DNA of 64,000 nucleotides. It comes from Eledone cirrhosa. Its lineage: Eukaryota. The notes under the pieces were generated by a model. It ran no database searches. It was given only the letters and a program-made list of their open reading frames with translations, and was not told the DNA's origin. Of the stretch, positions 61,121 through 64,000 are shown piece after piece (positions within the stretch are counted from its first letter, which is position 1; the number at the start of each line of letters is the position of its first letter). The translations under genes and the position numbers were made by a program. The stretch spans positions 18,662,001 to 18,726,000 of the forward strand of contig OZ024751.1 in assembly GCA_964016885.1 (NCBI GenBank), written 5' to 3'.

Positions 61121-61164
<44 letters not shown>

Positions 61165-61210
61165 ATATCCGTCGATGTGTCGATGTGAAAAAAAGAGCAG
61201 ATGTTTTATG

Positions 61211-61363
61211 TTATTTATTTATGTTCATAAACAGAACAAAGGGGCGACCCAAGGTTTCAAGGCCCAAATTCGAACACACCCCCAAAATACAAGAGGTATG
61301 GTCAAAGTTGTGCTTGAAACCTTGGGTAGCGGCTTCGTTCTGTATATGAACATAAATAAATAA
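61211..61363. mobile_element. Small inverted-repeat (MITE-like) element
   Basis: ttatttatttatgttcataaacagaac..acccaaggtttcaag / cttgaaaccttgggt..gttctgtatatgaacataaataaataa, arms of about 50 bp. Confidence 0.55.
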
Positions 61364-61472
61364 TTGTTTCTACTTTTGGCACAAGGACAGCAATTATACC
61401 AGTGTATTACTGGTACTTTATTATGGACATAAATATGCATATATATATATATATCTTTATATTACGTTATTT

Positions 61473-61652
61473 GGTGGATTGGCAGTATCGGTAGAGGGTC
61501 GGACGCCATGCTTTGACGCATAGAGTTACGGCCCTTGCCATTCTGAGTTCAAATCCCGCCGAGGTTAACTTTGCCTTTCATCCTTACGGGGTCGATAAAA
61601 TAAAGTACACTGGGTAATTGCTGGCCTTGTGCCTAAAGTAGAAATAATTATT
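61473..61652 (+). mobile_element. SINE family C
   Basis: Full-length copy. Confidence 0.85.
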
Positions 61653-61710
61653 TATGTTCATTGTGCTAAAAGTAGAAACAATTATTTATGTTCATAATAA
61701 AGTACTAGTA

Positions 61711-61751
<41 letters not shown>

Positions 61752-61760
<9 letters not shown>

Positions 61761-62170
61761 AGAACAAAAGATGGTTAAAAGAGTTCCATGTATTTTATTA
61801 TGCGCATTTCAAAAACAAATATCATCATGTAATAATATTTGTGTTTTCATCAGATAAAACAGGAGGACATGATATGAAGATTAAAAAACACTTGTGGATA
61901 GTTCAGTTTTAAATCAACATATTAAAACTGAACTATCCACAAGTGTTTTTTAACCTTCATATCATGTCCTCCTGTTTTATCTGATGAAAACACAAATATT
62001 ATTGCATGATGATATTTGCTTTTGAAATGCGCACAATAAAATACATGGAACTCTTTTAACCATCTTTTGTTCTTATATATTATGTATACGCCAGTCCTAC
62101 AAACTGTAGAGTGCTTCTTATCCGATATCTGCATTGCTTTATTGTACTACAATAAAAATCACCTCCTACA
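61752..62170. mobile_element. H3 element with about 160-bp inverted arms
   Basis: About 61752-61912 inverts to about 61922-62082 and continues to ...cacctcctaca, the same terminus as at 47151; (TA)n flanks. Confidence 0.75.
61793..61859 (-). ncRNA. Type I hammerhead ribozyme motif (family H3); mirror copy on + at 61975-62041 has U16.1 changed to C
   Basis: Same motif as 47278-47344. The + copy reads ttttat CTGATGA...GAAA tgcgca CA ataaaa. Confidence 0.75.
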
Positions 62171-62171
62171 T

Positions 62172-62211
<40 letters not shown>

Positions 62212-62307
62212 ATGTGTGTGTATGTATATAAGTATGTATATATAGTTGAAGAAATGACATAACAAACACACGCAAAAACAAATTCTTACTAGTATCACGC
62301 TTAGGAG

Positions 62308-62341
<34 letters not shown>

Positions 62342-62647
62342 GAAACATGCATACATATTTATACCCAGATATATGAGCACGCACGAACTCACACAAACAC
62401 ATACATATATATAATTTTTTTCAATAATAGATTTAGCGGATTTTATTTCACCAATATTGTTTACATGTTTGATTTTGTGAGTGTGTGAGTGTGAGTGTGT
62501 GCGTGTGTGCGTTTATCATTTTATCTCTGAGTTCTGTTTTGCATATATCGAATTACCAATCCCTCTTCCCCACATGACTAAATGCTTTTCTGCCAATCGA
62601 AGTACCCGCGCGTCCACCTGCTTAACTGTGTATACACAACCACCTGG

Positions 62648-62688
<41 letters not shown>

Positions 62689-62808
62689 CACATACACACA
62701 CACACATATATATATATATATATGTGCACACACACAACAAACACACACACATGTATATATATATATACACCTATATTTATGTATAAATATATACATATAT
62801 ATATACAA

Positions 62809-62912
<104 letters not shown>

Positions 62913-63542
62913 GCCTACGTAGTTTGTTTATTGAAACTTCTCGTCTCCCAACCTAGCAACTTACCTATTCAATTGTATAATGAACTGTCTATACAAATAC
63001 ATGCTACCTACCTTGGGTAAATATCAAGGTAACTAGCTTCCTAGTCAGTGAGATAGACAAATAGCTCCGTATCAACATGCAACATACACATTCATATATC
63101 TATCTGTCTTATATAGTCGACATAACGCACACACACACACACACACACATGTATGTGTTTGACAGAGTGTACTTGGGATAAACCCATTCGTGTGTTGGTG
63201 GTTCTGTTGCATTTCATCTCTGGGTGCAAACATCGACTTCTTATGAGGTTGTGATGCAATCCTGTAGATGTTTCGCTACTTCCAATGTAACACCATAGCT
63301 AGATACACCACACACACATATATATATATACATATATTATATACAGTATGTATGTCTTTGAAACAGCGAGCAAATTTGAAATAGAACCTTTCGCAGTATT
63401 TTTTGACTAAAGAAATTTTAGCCTGATAGTGGGGTTTAGAACCCTCTAAGAAAAATTCGACAAAAGCCTCTATTTCTCATATATATAATATATATATTAT
63501 ATATATAAGAAATAGAGGCCTTTGTCGAATTTTTCTTATACA

Positions 63543-63591
<49 letters not shown>

Positions 63592-63830
63592 AATATAATT
63601 CAGCGAGAATCGTATTTCGGCTGGTAGAAAAAGCGAAACGAAACGCAAAATCGTAGAAATGCTGGCAAGCGCTCAATAGTTAAAAGTCCAGAGCTAAACA
63701 AACAATATGTTAAAACGCCATACAAACTGAAAAAGTGGTTAAGAAGGCAATGACCACCTAAGCCAAAAAACAAATCAAGCTAACCAGGTCAAACAAAATA
63801 AATGATAAAAACCTGGACCCAAATGGAACT

Positions 63831-64000
63831 TTCCCGGGTTCAATCGGGGGTAACCACAGTAAGTAAGGTACACAATACAAAGCAGAGTATAGATATTTAA
63901 TATAGAAAAGGCTTCTACAGGACTAGAACTGTTTCATCAGGCTTCCTGATGATTTCTTCTGTATGAAACAGTTGTAGTCCTGTAGAAGCCTTTTCTATAT
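63831..64000. mobile_element. Palindromic H1 element, runs off the window end
   Basis: Same family sequence; inverted arms around the hammerhead at 63939-63991. Confidence 0.7.
63939..63991 (+). ncRNA. Minimal type I hammerhead ribozyme motif (family H1)
   Basis: aggcttc-CTGATGA-tttcttctgtat-GAAA-cag ttgtagtc ctg-TA-gaagcct. Stem I covaries with the 57493 copy; stem II is imperfect. Confidence 0.7.

Overview
AT-rich, microsatellite-saturated animal genomic DNA. The repeat landscape and SINE families look like a coleoid cephalopod, probably Octopus (inference). The only real coding sequence is three internal + strand exons of an Islet-class LIM-homeobox gene (isl): LIM2 exon 29981-30321, homeodomain exon 31865-32151 and LIM-binding-domain exon 59897-60076. 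I found neither the LIM1 exon nor the last exon, so essentially the whole window appears to be Islet intron. Nearly all other ORFs in the track are translated microsatellite or SINE sequence. The introns hold two abundant tRNA-derived SINE groups, LINE fragments, MITEs, minisatellites and a 200-N gap. The most notable signal is a set of several unrelated short elements embedded in (TA)n tracts, mostly arranged as long inverted repeats, that carry minimal type I hammerhead ribozyme motifs. These motifs have palindromic stem/loop III, compensatory changes between copies, and a recurrent non-canonical U.U pair at the base of stem II. They resemble Penelope-like pseudo-LTR or retrozyme relics inside a neural transcription factor pre-mRNA.
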